Part shown: piece after piece, positions 47,514 to 58,055 of the stretch
Layout: each line of letters starts with the position of its first letter
How positions within the stretch are numbered: the first letter of the stretch is position 1
From: Nitrososphaerota archaeon
Lineage (GTDB): Archaea > Thermoproteota > Nitrososphaeria_A > Caldarchaeales > Calditenuaceae
NCBI GenBank assembly: GCA_041641295.1
Contig: JBEPYO010000001.1
Location: 736,001-800,000 of the forward strand
Direction: 5' to 3'
DNA length: 64,000 nt
Translations under genes and position numbers: made by a program
Notes under the pieces: model-generated
Seen by the model: the letters and a program-made list of their open reading frames with translations, nothing else
What the model was told of the DNA's origin: nothing
The model's database searches: none

Positions 47514-49033
47514 CAGGCACTGCACTCTTACTCGTAACGGTCAAGCTAAAACAATACTTGGGCCAGCTCAGGCGCTCTCCCAAGAACCTACTCTCACTGG
47601 CCGCGGTCTATCTCGCCTGGCTCTTCGTGATTGGCCTAGTCTCGCTCATGATACGGTTTACAGGGATTCTCTCAGGTGCTGGTCCAAGGGGCTTCCTAGG
47701 AGTCCTCTCCGAGGTCACGGTAACGGCTATACTGGCGGTCGGTGTCTTCCTAGGAGTTAAGGGCGGCATTACTGCGTTCCCATACGAGATAGACTACGTC
47801 CTCACGTCTGGTGTGAGGCCGCGCATCTACTTGCTAGCTGACCTGCTCTTCCAGCTCTTCCTCCTCGGCTTCTTCATAATCCCGCCTACGAGCCTCATGC
47901 TGACCGTCTTAACCTACCCCCTCCACCTCGACTACCTGGGAAGAGCCATCCCTCTCTACCTCTCAACCATCCTCATCTCTATACTACTCTCCCACGTGCT
48001 GGGGGTTTCGCGCGTGAGGGTTGAGGAGAGGTGGGTTAGGATGATAGGCTGGGCTCTGATGATGGTGGTCTCGGCACCGCTAGTCCTGCTGGCTCTGCGA
48101 ATAAAACCACCGGCGTTCCTTTCGCCCCACCCCGCGCTTCTCGTCTCATCCGCGATAGAGGCACCCAGCGCGGCCACGCTGTGGATGCTACCCTACCTAG
48201 CGCTGCTAGGCCTAGCATACCTTCACCTCTCCAAGTCCAACTTCTACTCCTCAGTCTCGCCCATACTCTTCTCAGTGCTGATGGAGCCGCCTAGCAGGCT
48301 CTCGAGATACTTCAAGATACCCGGGGTGGGAAGGGTCTTCGGGCTTGGGTCTGCGCGCGGCTACTTCTCGCTGATGTATAGGCTTCACCTCGTGAGGGTT
48401 GTTAGGGAGGGTAGCTTCTGGACCGGTGTGATGGTGCTCCTGTTCCTGACGCTGGCGAACACTGCTCTGCCTAGGCTTGTGGGGGTCGCCCAGTTCCCAG
48501 AGGTGGCGGAGCTCACGATGATCGCCCTCTATATCCCGCTGCTCCCCGCCCTACTCTCGATAAACTGGAGCATATCCGAGAGGCCGAACACGTGGGTCAT
48601 CAGCCTCTCGCAAAGAGGTGAGAAGTACTATGTCTCAGGCCTCTTTCTCGCATACTTCACGGTGACACTCCTCTTCTCACTCCTACTCTATGGATTGGTC
48701 TCCATAGGCTCCAGCGAGGCGCCATTCCTCCTAATCGACCTAGTTCTCCTTCTTGCCATGTCGTGTTTCGGCTCATCCCTCTCAGTCCTCGTCTCGCTTG
48801 TCATGAGACTGGCCCCCTCACCCTTCTCCCTCGGCTCCCTACTCTACATCCTGATACCGCTCACGGGCTCAATCCTCCTCTCCCTCCCAATACTCGTGAT
48901 CAGGCTCTTCGAGCCACTGGCCAGCTCACCCACAGCCCCTCTCATGGCCAACATAGTGGTATACGTGGGGGTCTCCGCAACAGTCCTGTATAAAATACTC
49001 ACGTCGGCGGGTGTAAAATACCTCGGAGGATAA
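47510..49033 (+). CDS. Putative ABC exporter permease
   Basis: About 13 TM segments; translationally coupled to the ABC ATPase. Confidence 0.75.
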   Translation: MTGTALLLVTVKLKQYLGQLRRSPKNLLSLAAVYLAWLFVIGLVSLMIRFTGILSGAGPRGFLGVLSEVTVTAILAVGVFLGVKGGITAFPYEIDYVLTSGVRPRIYLLADLLFQLFLLGFFIIPPTSLMLTVLTYPLHLDYLGRAIPLYLSTILISILLSHVLGVSRVRVEERWVRMIGWALMMVVSAPLVLLALRIKPPAFLSPHPALLVSSAIEAPSAATLWMLPYLALLGLAYLHLSKSNFYSSVSPILFSVLMEPPSRLSRYFKIPGVGRVFGLGSARGYFSLMYRLHLVRVVREGSFWTGVMVLLFLTLANTALPRLVGVAQFPEVAELTMIALYIPLLPALLSINWSISERPNTWVISLSQRGEKYYVSGLFLAYFTVTLLFSLLLYGLVSIGSSEAPFLLIDLVLLLAMSCFGSSLSVLVSLVMRLAPSPFSLGSLLYILIPLTGSILLSLPILVIRLFEPLASSPTAPLMANIVVYVGVSATVLYKILTSAGVKYLGG

Positions 49034-49195
49034 CCACACCTATCCGACCCGATTACTCATTAGAACAGACTAATCCAGCCGATTTGCCTGAAAACTGCGC
49101 CTCGAGTAGGTAGGAGGCCTGGAATTCTTCCCTCCACACTTGCTGGCTATATTGGAAATATTTTTATAACCCATAGGGATAATGTTTTTTCAAGA

Positions 49196-51097
49196 TTGGC
49201 TCAGGAGACTAAAAAAGAGGTGGAGACTATGGAGGAGAAAAAGAAGGGGAAGAAGGAAGAGCTGGTCAAGCAGTGGAGAGGTATAGAGGTTAAGCCACTA
49301 AACCCCTCTTTCGAGATTCTTGACAGGTATGTTTTGAGGGAAAAGTTTGCCGAGGTCGTTATTGCCTCACCACCAGGCCGAGTTGTTGAGCCTATATACT
49401 TCGTGATTGAGACGCCCATGACACCGCAGGAGGAGACCGCTCTGGAGAAGGTAAAGGACATCCTGACTAAAGAACTCGACATACCCAAGGTTGGCGAGGA
49501 GGAAGAGGTTAGGAAGGTTATCCACGAGACAACCTTGAAGATCATGAAGAAGTATAGGAGGGCTTTAGGGATTCCTTCGCTATCAGACGAGCAGGTCCAG
49601 AAATTCCTCTACTATATTGACAGGGACCTGATGGGTTTCGGACCGCTCAACGTAATCATGGAGGACTACAAGGTCGAGGACATATCGTGCGACGGCCTCA
49701 ATATTCCGATCTATGTCTGGCACAGAGACTTTGAGAGCATGCCCACGAATGTGTCCTTCAACGATAGGGAGGCTCTCGACGACTTTATCATCCACTTGGC
49801 CCACAAGGCGGGTAAGCACGTCTCATCCGCCTTCCCAATCGTGGACGCCATGATCTATGGAAAGCATAGGCTTGCGGCGACTTTTAGAGAGGAGATCTCT
49901 CCGCGGGGCAGCACCTTCACGATTAGGAAGTTTAGGGAGAAGCCCTTCAGCATAACGGAGCTGATTCTCAGCAACGTCTTGAACAGCGAGATGGGCGCGT
50001 ATTTCTGGCTGCTCCTCGAGAACAAGGCTAGCCTGATGCTTATAGGCGCGACAGGGAGTGGAAAGACCACCCTACTGAACGCCCTTACCACGTTTATCAA
50101 GCCGAGGATGAAGATAGTTACCTGTGAGGAGACAGCTGAGATTAACATTCCGAGGGATAACTGGGTCAGGTTTGTGACTAGGGAGAGCTATGGTCTCGGA
50201 GCGACGGAGAGGGGTGCTGTGGCTCTCTTCGACTTGGTCAAGACGAGTCTGAGGTATAGGCCTGACTACCTGATTGTTGGTGAGGTCAGGGGTGAGGAGG
50301 CCTTCGTCCTGTTCCAAGCCATCGCGACTGGGCATGGAGGCTTGACTACTGTCCACGCCGAGGATGTGGAGAGTGCTGTTAAGAGGCTTATGAGCCCGCC
50401 GATGAATATTCCTGAGACCCATATCTCGCTGCTCGACGCCATGGCCTTGATTCAGAGGGTGCAGCTCCGCGGCAAGACGCAGCTCTTCGGGAGGAGGGTC
50501 AGGTTCATCTGGGAGGTTGAGGACGCCCACAGGTATAGGAAGATAGCGGAGTGGGATCCTGTCACAGACACGTTCCGTGTCAACTTTGCAAATAGTCTCC
50601 AACTCGAGAATATCTCGCTCATGAATGGTGTGAGTAAGGAGGATTTGATGCTTGAGCTTTGGAGGAGGAAGGAGCTTCTCGAATGGATGCGTGAGAATAA
50701 GATAACGGATAATGACAAGGTAGCCAGCATCATTCTCTCCTACTATGCCGACCCGGAGAAGCTGATCGCCGAGGCCGGGATTACCGTGAGGAAGCCGCCG
50801 TTCCCAGTTGCTAGGAGGGCTGAGACTGTTGCCAGACCTGTTGCGGCTTCACCTGTGGCTGGGGGCGCCCCACAGCTTGCCACTACGAGTGTGAATTTAG
50901 ATGAGTTGGAGAAGGAGGTTAAACCGATTGCCGACTATATCGTCGAGACCATACTTAAGAGGAGTGGACCGATTCCCTACTGGCAGGTCTTTGTGAAGAC
51001 GCCGTATCCGAGGGACGTGATTATTCGGGCTATGCGGTACCTGAAGGAGAAGAAGAGGATCGATATTATCGGCGGCGTTGTTGAGCTTATGGAGTAG
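49196..51097 (+). CDS. Type IV pilus/secretion ATPase (ArlI/TadA/VirB11-like) with C-terminal extension
   Basis: EDISCDG, TFTIRKF, GATGSGKTT, EETAE, LRYRPDYLIVGEVRG.EA, TGHGGLTTVHA. Confidence 0.93.
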   Translation: MAQETKKEVETMEEKKKGKKEELVKQWRGIEVKPLNPSFEILDRYVLREKFAEVVIASPPGRVVEPIYFVIETPMTPQEETALEKVKDILTKELDIPKVGEEEEVRKVIHETTLKIMKKYRRALGIPSLSDEQVQKFLYYIDRDLMGFGPLNVIMEDYKVEDISCDGLNIPIYVWHRDFESMPTNVSFNDREALDDFIIHLAHKAGKHVSSAFPIVDAMIYGKHRLAATFREEISPRGSTFTIRKFREKPFSITELILSNVLNSEMGAYFWLLLENKASLMLIGATGSGKTTLLNALTTFIKPRMKIVTCEETAEINIPRDNWVRFVTRESYGLGATERGAVALFDLVKTSLRYRPDYLIVGEVRGEEAFVLFQAIATGHGGLTTVHAEDVESAVKRLMSPPMNIPETHISLLDAMALIQRVQLRGKTQLFGRRVRFIWEVEDAHRYRKIAEWDPVTDTFRVNFANSLQLENISLMNGVSKEDLMLELWRRKELLEWMRENKITDNDKVASIILSYYADPEKLIAEAGITVRKPPFPVARRAETVARPVAASPVAGGAPQLATTSVNLDELEKEVKPIADYIVETILKRSGPIPYWQVFVKTPYPRDVIIRAMRYLKEKKRIDIIGGVVELME

Positions 51098-52862
51098 TCT
51101 GGAGCTCGAATAGCCCCACTGTTATGTTTCCCGAGAGCCATATTGCGACTAGCGATATTGCGGCCATTATTACTGCGTGTTTGAATCCTCCTGCTATGGT
51201 TGAGCCTGATACTTTTCCGGCTACAAGTCCGCTTATGACGGCTATGATTATGACGGGGGGTAGGAAGAAGTGTATGAACTCTGCGGAGGAGATGCTTAGG
51301 CGCGCTAGTTTTAGCAGGCCCTTCATGAACGAGACCAGTATGACAACGACGACTATGAGTAGGACTGCTGTTAGGTAGGGGATTATCATGAGCGGCTTTA
51401 GCGTTGCGCGTTTCTGCCTCTCAATTTCTTCCAAGTCTTCTGAGAAGGATGCTAGGACTTCGAAGGTCTCGGGGGCTCCTCCTCCGACGTCTATCGCGTC
51501 TATCAGTATGAAGACTCCTGCTCTTTCTAGCCATCCATAGGTTCGTTTTGCGAAGTCTTCGTAGATCTTTCTGAGGGGCATGCCCCAGCCTATCTGTCGT
51601 GCCATTATCTTGAGGTGTTTGCTGAAGGCGCCGTATGGGTTTCTTGAGAGGTCGATTATGCATCTCTCGGGGCTTAGGCCTGTTTTTCTGACCTCTGTGA
51701 TGTCTCGGAGGAAGAGTGTGAGGCCGTGGACAACTGAGAAGTTTTCGGAGCCGTATTTCTGGTATGCGACCGCGGCTGGTGTGAAGAGTATTATGGAGAA
51801 GAGGATGAGGGCTATTGAGGATTCGTAGCCTGCCTCTATGCCCATCATTGTTCTGATCTGGACTATTATGGAGGAGGTTATGTCGAATGGTGTTATGTAT
51901 TGGAGGTCTGTGAGGAAGAAGGGTATTGTGAATAGTGCGAGGAATGTGAAGGCGGCGGGCATTGTGAGGTATAGGACCTTCATGGGTCGCGGGTCTCTTA
52001 TCGGGTATTTGGGCTGGCTAATGTCCGCAAGGTAGAGGAAGAAGATTGACATGAGTGGTAGGAATAGGTAGGCTATCATGGCGAATTGTTCTGAAGGCAT
52101 TATGAGGAATTCTGTCGGGAGGGCTCTTGAGACTATGTAGATTGTGAAGAGGACTAGTGAGAGCATCATTGTTATTGCTGCGTACCCCTCCATCAGCATC
52201 CCCATCCTCTCGCCGACTATCCTCATCTTACCCATCCTAGACGTGAAGATCTGCTCGGTCTTCCTGATGAGGAAGTGGACGACGTCGCCTCCGCTTCTTA
52301 TTGTTGAGGCGTAGCCCATTAGGAGGTCTCGGTATTCTTTGCTTGGGAGGCCTTTGGCCATTTTCTCGATTGCTGAGACTGGGTCTAGTCCGCCTACTTT
52401 GACGTTTAGGTCTGCGAGTTTGGCTGCCTTGGCTATGTTGGGCATTAGCTGGCTCTGGGCCAGTCTTGATAGGCTCTTGTAGGGTGGGATTCCGCCTGTG
52501 GACATGACTGCTAAGTAGGCTGCGGCGTAGGGGACTTCGCTCTCGAAGAGTGTTGCCGCTGAGGAGGCCGCCATGTATGGCCAAGCCAGGCCGAGGCCTA
52601 GGGTGATTACCGGTATTGAGCCTATGAGGCCTAGGGCCAATAGGCTGCCGGTGAGCATGTATGTGAAGACTGCTAGGGGGATGGAGATGGCTGCTGATAT
52701 GACTGTGGCGGCGGCTACAATGGAGGTGAAGACCTCGGGGTATATCCGTTTCCCGGCGCTCTCGAGTTTTGAGGGGATGCTGGGCGCGATTCTCAGTAGG
52801 AGGGTTCCGAGGCTCCTAAAGTTTGAGTAGGAGAAGCTTGTGAAGCTCTCTGAGAAGCCCAT
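51087..52862 (-). CDS. Type IV pilus membrane platform protein (TadC/ArlJ-like, two T2SSF domains)
   Basis: EVP.AAAYLAVMSTGG, STIRSGGD, FLRDITEVRKTG, DVGG..E; many TMs. Confidence 0.88.
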   Translation of the reverse strand: MGFSESFTSFSYSNFRSLGTLLLRIAPSIPSKLESAGKRIYPEVFTSIVAAATVISAAISIPLAVFTYMLTGSLLALGLIGSIPVITLGLGLAWPYMAASSAATLFESEVPYAAAYLAVMSTGGIPPYKSLSRLAQSQLMPNIAKAAKLADLNVKVGGLDPVSAIEKMAKGLPSKEYRDLLMGYASTIRSGGDVVHFLIRKTEQIFTSRMGKMRIVGERMGMLMEGYAAITMMLSLVLFTIYIVSRALPTEFLIMPSEQFAMIAYLFLPLMSIFFLYLADISQPKYPIRDPRPMKVLYLTMPAAFTFLALFTIPFFLTDLQYITPFDITSSIIVQIRTMMGIEAGYESSIALILFSIILFTPAAVAYQKYGSENFSVVHGLTLFLRDITEVRKTGLSPERCIIDLSRNPYGAFSKHLKIMARQIGWGMPLRKIYEDFAKRTYGWLERAGVFILIDAIDVGGGAPETFEVLASFSEDLEEIERQKRATLKPLMIIPYLTAVLLIVVVVILVSFMKGLLKLARLSISSAEFIHFFLPPVIIIAVISGLVAGKVSGSTIAGGFKHAVIMAAISLVAIWLSGNITVGLFELQTTP

Positions 52863-52983
52863 GACTATAGACTATTCCCCCGCACACCATATATAAGAGT
52901 TGTTTTATGGAAATACACCGGGATTTTCCACTGGAAGACGGCGGACGCAATACATATATGGGGGAGACTTCAGATTCAACGTA

Positions 52984-53385
52984 ATGATGGTTCGGAGGAA
53001 GGCGGGTATAAGCCCGGTTGTCGCAACGGTGATCCTAGTCGCTGTGGCGATTGTTATAGCGATTGCGGTGGCCTTCTGGGCATCGGGGCTCGTCGGAGTC
53101 TTCACTAGGTTCGAGAAAATCGAGATACAGACAGCCTATTGGGACGGCAGTCAAGTAGTGGTGATTGCTAAGAACTCAGGCTCGAGCCCAGCAGTAATAG
53201 ACATGATACTAGTAAACGGACTACCCTGCAGTACAGGACTGAGCAACCAGCTGTCGGTAGGAGGTACAGTCTCGTTTAGCATACCGCCAGGCGCTACCTG
53301 TGTTAGGACAGGCGGAATAACTAACGAGATAGCGCTACACACGACCAGCGGCAAGACCTACCCAGTAGCAGTCCTAGTACCGTAA
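52984..53385 (+). CDS. Archaeal type IV pilin (probable major pilin)
   Basis: Class III signal RRKAG|ISPVVATVILVAVAIVIA; EKIEI, KNSGS, Cys pair, TTSGKTY; own T-rich terminator. Confidence 0.9.
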   Translation: MMVRRKAGISPVVATVILVAVAIVIAIAVAFWASGLVGVFTRFEKIEIQTAYWDGSQVVVIAKNSGSSPAVIDMILVNGLPCSTGLSNQLSVGGTVSFSIPPGATCVRTGGITNEIALHTTSGKTYPVAVLVP

Positions 53386-53396
53386 AACTACCCGCA

Positions 53397-53411
53397 TATT
53401 TTTATTGTTTT
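53397..53411 (+). terminator. T-rich terminator after the pilin gene
   Basis: TATTTTTATTGTTTT about 12 nt after the stop codon. Confidence 0.5.
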
Positions 53412-53474
53412 ACCACGACAGCCAGCACCATCTATCTAAGATGTAATGTTTATGACTGATGCGGCACAGAATTT

Positions 53475-54386
53475 TTGGAGGGGGTGTCTTTAAGCAGGGT
53501 CGGGCGCCTCCGAGCACTGGTCGTCATCTGCGCCTACAATGAGGAGAGAAGCATAGCTACGCCGGTATCCCGCGCGGTCAAGGAGGGCTTCGAGGTCCTA
53601 GTAGTGGATGACGGAAGCGAAGACAAAACATCACAGATCGCAGAGAAGCATGGAGCCATTGTAGTAAGAAATCCTGAGAGGCGTGGAAAAGCGGCAGCCC
53701 TAAGCAGGGCAATAGACTATGCAAAGACTCACGGTTATGACGCAATAATAGGGATAGATGCAGATGCGGTACCCACACCGGGAAGCATTACCAAATTATA
53801 CCAACATCTCGAGTCGCCGGTCGTAGGAGCCGTCTCCGCACTACAAATACCACTGGGAGTAGGCCCCGCATATAAAATAGACGAGCTCATGTGGAGCATA
53901 CTGGCCATTGGAAAATCACTACAGCAACGCCTAAACCGCCCAGTCCACCTAGGAGCAGTGATGTATGGGGTTAAGCTCGAGAGCATCAACAATCCGTTGA
54001 ACATTATCAACGACGATGAGTACATCGGCAAAGCAATTCATAAAAGTGGAAAACAACATTTATTTTTAGAAGAGAGCGTAGTATATTTTGACGCATCAAC
54101 ATCGATAAAACACCTCTTCACCAGAAGAAAACGCATGATACTAGGACACCTCCAGCTCGGAAAGTCCACAGCACCCAGCATGCAGCCAGACATACTAGCG
54201 GTCGCGACACTACTGGCAATAATCAGAAAACCATCTAGGATAACATGGCTGATACCCGCAGCCATGATAGAAATAGCCGCAAGGCTCGCAGCATTCGCAG
54301 ACTTGAGGAAAGAAAAAAGACTAAAAGAATACATAAAATGGCACACATATGGGATGAAAAGACCGATACAGAACCCCGCAGTCTGA
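53475..54386 (+). CDS. GT2 glycosyltransferase
   Basis: ICAYNEE, VVDDGSED.T, GKAAAL, IDAD, NDDEY, RRKRM; hydrophobic C-terminus. Confidence 0.88.
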   Translation: MEGVSLSRVGRLRALVVICAYNEERSIATPVSRAVKEGFEVLVVDDGSEDKTSQIAEKHGAIVVRNPERRGKAAALSRAIDYAKTHGYDAIIGIDADAVPTPGSITKLYQHLESPVVGAVSALQIPLGVGPAYKIDELMWSILAIGKSLQQRLNRPVHLGAVMYGVKLESINNPLNIINDDEYIGKAIHKSGKQHLFLEESVVYFDASTSIKHLFTRRKRMILGHLQLGKSTAPSMQPDILAVATLLAIIRKPSRITWLIPAAMIEIAARLAAFADLRKEKRLKEYIKWHTYGMKRPIQNPAV

Positions 54387-54549
54387 AGTGCACCCAAAAA
54401 TAAACACAATGATAGTCAGTATGAGCGAGAAAACCTAATAGAATAACGTAACAGTCGTATACAACTGCTCTACAGACGATCAGTACAACCAGTTATACTG
54501 AATATAGATGGAAAGTACAAAGCAAAGGGTGAGGCTAAAATTCCTATAT

Positions 54550-55308
54550 TTACACATTTTTTAACAACACATGATGGCCTCTTCGGCTTTCTAAAACCGT
54601 AGTTATATCTAGTTGAAGCTCCGATGCTTTTCTGCAAAAGCTGCACCCACAAATTTTTCCAACCGCCTTCTCATGCACCTCCACAATTACCAGCCTCCAA
54701 AACTCTCTAAACTTTGATAAATCATTCAACAAGTAAGATTCAACACCTTCAATATCTATCTTAATCCAATCGAAAACAACCCCTAACCTCCTTAACAGAG
54801 CACCCAACGTGATAGCTTCTACCCGAATTCTCTTACTCCAAGCATCACCCCTATACAAACCAGAAATGTCACCTTTAGGTTCAACGTAAAAATCGACGAA
54901 CCCGGACTCTCTGTCAATCGCAGTGTTGATAAGTAAGGTGTTGCTAAACCCATTACGCTCTATCGACGCAAGCAAGCAGTAATAGTTTAATGGGTCAGGC
55001 TCTACCCCAACAACCAGCCCCTCACTTCCAACCTTGGCTGCTGCTCTCAACATATATCCCCCTAAATGCGCTCCAATATCAAGAAACCTAGAACCTGGAC
55101 CTAGACTATTCAAAACAAGCGTCATTAAAGTTTTTTCATAAACGGCCAACGGACTCAAGACATCATGAGGGCGCTTAAGACTGCATGCAAACCATATATC
55201 ATCTGCATGAACCCAGAAAGGCGTTGATGGAAAAAGCTTGAAAGGAATAGTCCAGAAGGCCTTTTCAAAAAGTCTTAAAAGACTTGTTTCCCCTTTTAAT
55301 CTAACCAT
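54550..55308 (-). CDS. FkbM family methyltransferase
   Basis: FLDIGAHLG.Y, VEPDP.N, IKIDIEG.E, IVEVH. Confidence 0.9.
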   Translation of the reverse strand: MVRLKGETSLLRLFEKAFWTIPFKLFPSTPFWVHADDIWFACSLKRPHDVLSPLAVYEKTLMTLVLNSLGPGSRFLDIGAHLGGYMLRAAAKVGSEGLVVGVEPDPLNYYCLLASIERNGFSNTLLINTAIDRESGFVDFYVEPKGDISGLYRGDAWSKRIRVEAITLGALLRRLGVVFDWIKIDIEGVESYLLNDLSKFREFWRLVIVEVHEKAVGKICGCSFCRKASELQLDITTVLESRRGHHVLLKNV

Positions 55309-55591
55309 GCTTCATTTCCCATCCTCGACCCTACCTAAAAATTGGAGCATGTATCCGAACTTCCCTCTGTGCAAGCTCACCACTCCTCTCCAACAATAGC
55401 ATTTTTTTCTCGTGTAAGCTATTACTATGAATAGGCTCATTTGGATTCCTCCTTAAGCTGTTATAAACTATGCAATGCTTATGTGTTTCCATCAACATAC
55501 TGAACAATCACGCTGAGGTTTAAAATATTATCACTACTCTATGCTGCGGTAAATCCTAAGGTAAGACGACGACACTAGTTAGATAGAAGGT

Positions 55592-55966
55592 TTAGATCCG
55601 TCCCACCAATAGAACGCCAATAATTATCAGTACGACGCCGACCCACTGCTGTATAGTTACGACTTCCCTCAGCAGAAAATAGCCAACCAGCACTATTGAG
55701 GCTATGGACATTGATAGGAAGAATCGGCCTAGCATGACCCCCATGTAGCTGTAGACCCAGTAGCTCAGCACAGCAACTGAGAAGCCTGTAAGCATTGCCA
55801 GTATAAACCACCGGTTCAAGAAGAGGGTAAGGAAGAATTTCAGAGAGGCCTCAGGCTGGCCTACCTCCCTCAAAGTCAGCCCCCAGAACAGCGTATTCAA
55901 ACCCACCAGCACAGCAACCAAAAACCCCAGATACCAGTGCGTGGCAGCCAAACCCACTCCCCCCAC
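55592..55966 (-). CDS. Small 4-TM DMT/EamA-like protein (ArnE/F-like flippase candidate)
   Basis: GYFLLRE.VT.QQWVGVVLIIIGV C-terminal DMT signature; the flippase role is inferred from context. Confidence 0.7.
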   Translation of the reverse strand: MGGVGLAATHWYLGFLVAVLVGLNTLFWGLTLREVGQPEASLKFFLTLFLNRWFILAMLTGFSVAVLSYWVYSYMGVMLGRFFLSMSIASIVLVGYFLLREVVTIQQWVGVVLIIIGVLLVGRI

Positions 55967-56075
55967 CAGTTAACCAACCCCAGCCCATCCCATCCATATA
56001 TCTCTTCAAAACACCCAGCCCTAAACAAGCCGCTAGGAATTTATACCCAATACACGGGTATTCCATAACAAACGG

Positions 56076-57446
56076 ATGTCGACCGACAGAAAAAGAGCAG
56101 CCATACTCGCAGCCATCATCATACTAGGCTTCGCCATACGATACATGGTATGGATATACCCCATGTACGCTACCCAAGGAATAATAATCTATGACACAGG
56201 AACCTACACAGTCTTCGGCCTCGCATACATCGAGGCCCTCACATCGATGAACCTAACAGCCCTAGCCGGGATAAACGTAGGAGTCCCACCCCTCGCCATG
56301 CTCCTAACAGGCCTAACCACACAAGCCTTCGGACAATACATCGGCCCGATCCAGGCAAGCCTAGTCGCACCGATGACAGCGTCAGCCCTAACGGCCATAC
56401 CCGCCTACATGATCGCAAGAAAAATCTCTCCCAAACTCTCCCTCATACCCCCCGCACTAGTAGCCTTCGACCCATTCCTCATACAATTCTCCGCATCCTA
56501 CCTAGACTCCATCGGCACACTCTTCGCCCTCACCTCAACCGCCTACACCCTAAACACAGGCGACAGAAAATCAACAATCCTAGCAATACTATTCGCATCC
56601 CTAGCCGTCCTAACCAAACTATCATTCGCAATATTCATAACAATCTACGCCATCCTCCGCATCATATTCAAGCAGACAAGCATTAGGAGCGGAGTCTCCT
56701 ATATCCTAATCCCATCAGCCTCACTGGCCCTTAGCCCTTGGCTCTGGATGCCCAGCGGCCTACAGACAAGCGTTACAGGCCACTTGCAGTTCAATAACCT
56801 CCCCCTCTCACCGTTCATCGGCCCCTTCGTAATAGGCCTCCCCCAATCCCTCCCATGGTACATCCTAGCATACCTAGGCATGGGCCAAGTCGCTTGGAAC
56901 ACACTTCCCCCAATAGCACCGCTAGTCCTACTAGCTATCATAATGTACACAACAATGAAAAACAAGCCATACATCACTGGCCACCCAGCAGCGATGGCGG
57001 CCTCAGCCATGATGCTTACAATCTTCCTATTGCCGAGGAACTACTGGACCTATAGCTGGGGCGGAGGCGCGATACAGGGCGTCCTAATACGCCAGTTCTA
57101 CCCCTACTACTTCTACCCCCTAATCCCCTTCCTAGCCACACTAATACCACCGGCCAATAGAAGCGAAAGCATCAACAGCCGCCTAGTAACCTACCCAATC
57201 CTCCTCACCACACTCCTCTCCCCTCTAACATTCACGATGAACCTCGGCCTACCCTACTGGGACTTCCTCTTCACACTAATCTACAGCTCATCCCAAGGCA
57301 GCTGGGTAGCCGAGGGGATAATAGCCATAACAATAACCGTGGCAATTCTCATAGCCTCTGTCACAGCGGCAGAGCTCCTTCACAGGAAAGGCAAAGCCAA
57401 TGGCCAATCCGGGGGGCGAGGTGCCGAGCTAATAGTTAATCAGTAG
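56076..57446 (+). CDS. GT-C superfamily membrane glycosyltransferase (PMT/ArnT-like)
   Basis: YD..TY after TM1, VPPL, FDPF, YLDS, AVLTK; more than 10 TMs. Confidence 0.72.
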   Translation: MSTDRKRAAILAAIIILGFAIRYMVWIYPMYATQGIIIYDTGTYTVFGLAYIEALTSMNLTALAGINVGVPPLAMLLTGLTTQAFGQYIGPIQASLVAPMTASALTAIPAYMIARKISPKLSLIPPALVAFDPFLIQFSASYLDSIGTLFALTSTAYTLNTGDRKSTILAILFASLAVLTKLSFAIFITIYAILRIIFKQTSIRSGVSYILIPSASLALSPWLWMPSGLQTSVTGHLQFNNLPLSPFIGPFVIGLPQSLPWYILAYLGMGQVAWNTLPPIAPLVLLAIIMYTTMKNKPYITGHPAAMAASAMMLTIFLLPRNYWTYSWGGGAIQGVLIRQFYPYYFYPLIPFLATLIPPANRSESINSRLVTYPILLTTLLSPLTFTMNLGLPYWDFLFTLIYSSSQGSWVAEGIIAITITVAILIASVTAAELLHRKGKANGQSGGRGAELIVNQ

Positions 57447-57539
57447 AAAAACACTAATAAGCCACCATAGCACTAATAGCCACTCTTATTTAAAAGATAT
57501 ATACACGCTAGTCTAACTGTTAATCAATTGGAGAGGGAC

Positions 57540-58055
57540 TTGACCGCCCACCCAAACCCCAGTTACCGGAGGGGGCATAGAAGGATGCGCGGAGACACAG
57601 TAATCCTGGCCGAGATCCTCCTCTTCGCCGGTGTCGTAACTGTAGGCCTAGCCCTCTGGGGACTCTCCCTTGGCTACGTAACCTCCCAGTCAACAAAGCT
57701 GGCCCAAGACTATGACAAACTCGTCTCACAGCAGAGGAGCTTCTTCATCATCGAGGCAGCCTCACTCCAAAGCAACGCCGTCTGGGTATCGAACCACGGC
57801 CTAAACGATGTAGCAGTTATAAGCTGCACAATATACCCGAAGACCACTCCCTCACCCGGAATAAGACACAACGTGGCCGGCGTGATCGTAAGAGCATCAG
57901 ACAACACTCCCACCGTTCTGACAGGCTGCGAGCGCTTCCCCGGCCCACCTCCATACGTGGTCGAGGTCTGGTACATCCCGGCACACCTCTACAACCCGCA
58001 AGACCCGGCCAGCAACTCGATGTACGCACTTGTGGCCCGATATGAGAAGGGGTAG
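57540..58055 (+). CDS. Minor pilin-like protein A, copy 1
   Basis: Basic leader ...RRMRG|DTVILAEILLF plus hydrophobic helix; VWVSNHG; start TTG 57540 by homology with copy 2. Confidence 0.72.
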   Translation: MTAHPNPSYRRGHRRMRGDTVILAEILLFAGVVTVGLALWGLSLGYVTSQSTKLAQDYDKLVSQQRSFFIIEAASLQSNAVWVSNHGLNDVAVISCTIYPKTTPSPGIRHNVAGVIVRASDNTPTVLTGCERFPGPPPYVVEVWYIPAHLYNPQDPASNSMYALVARYEKG

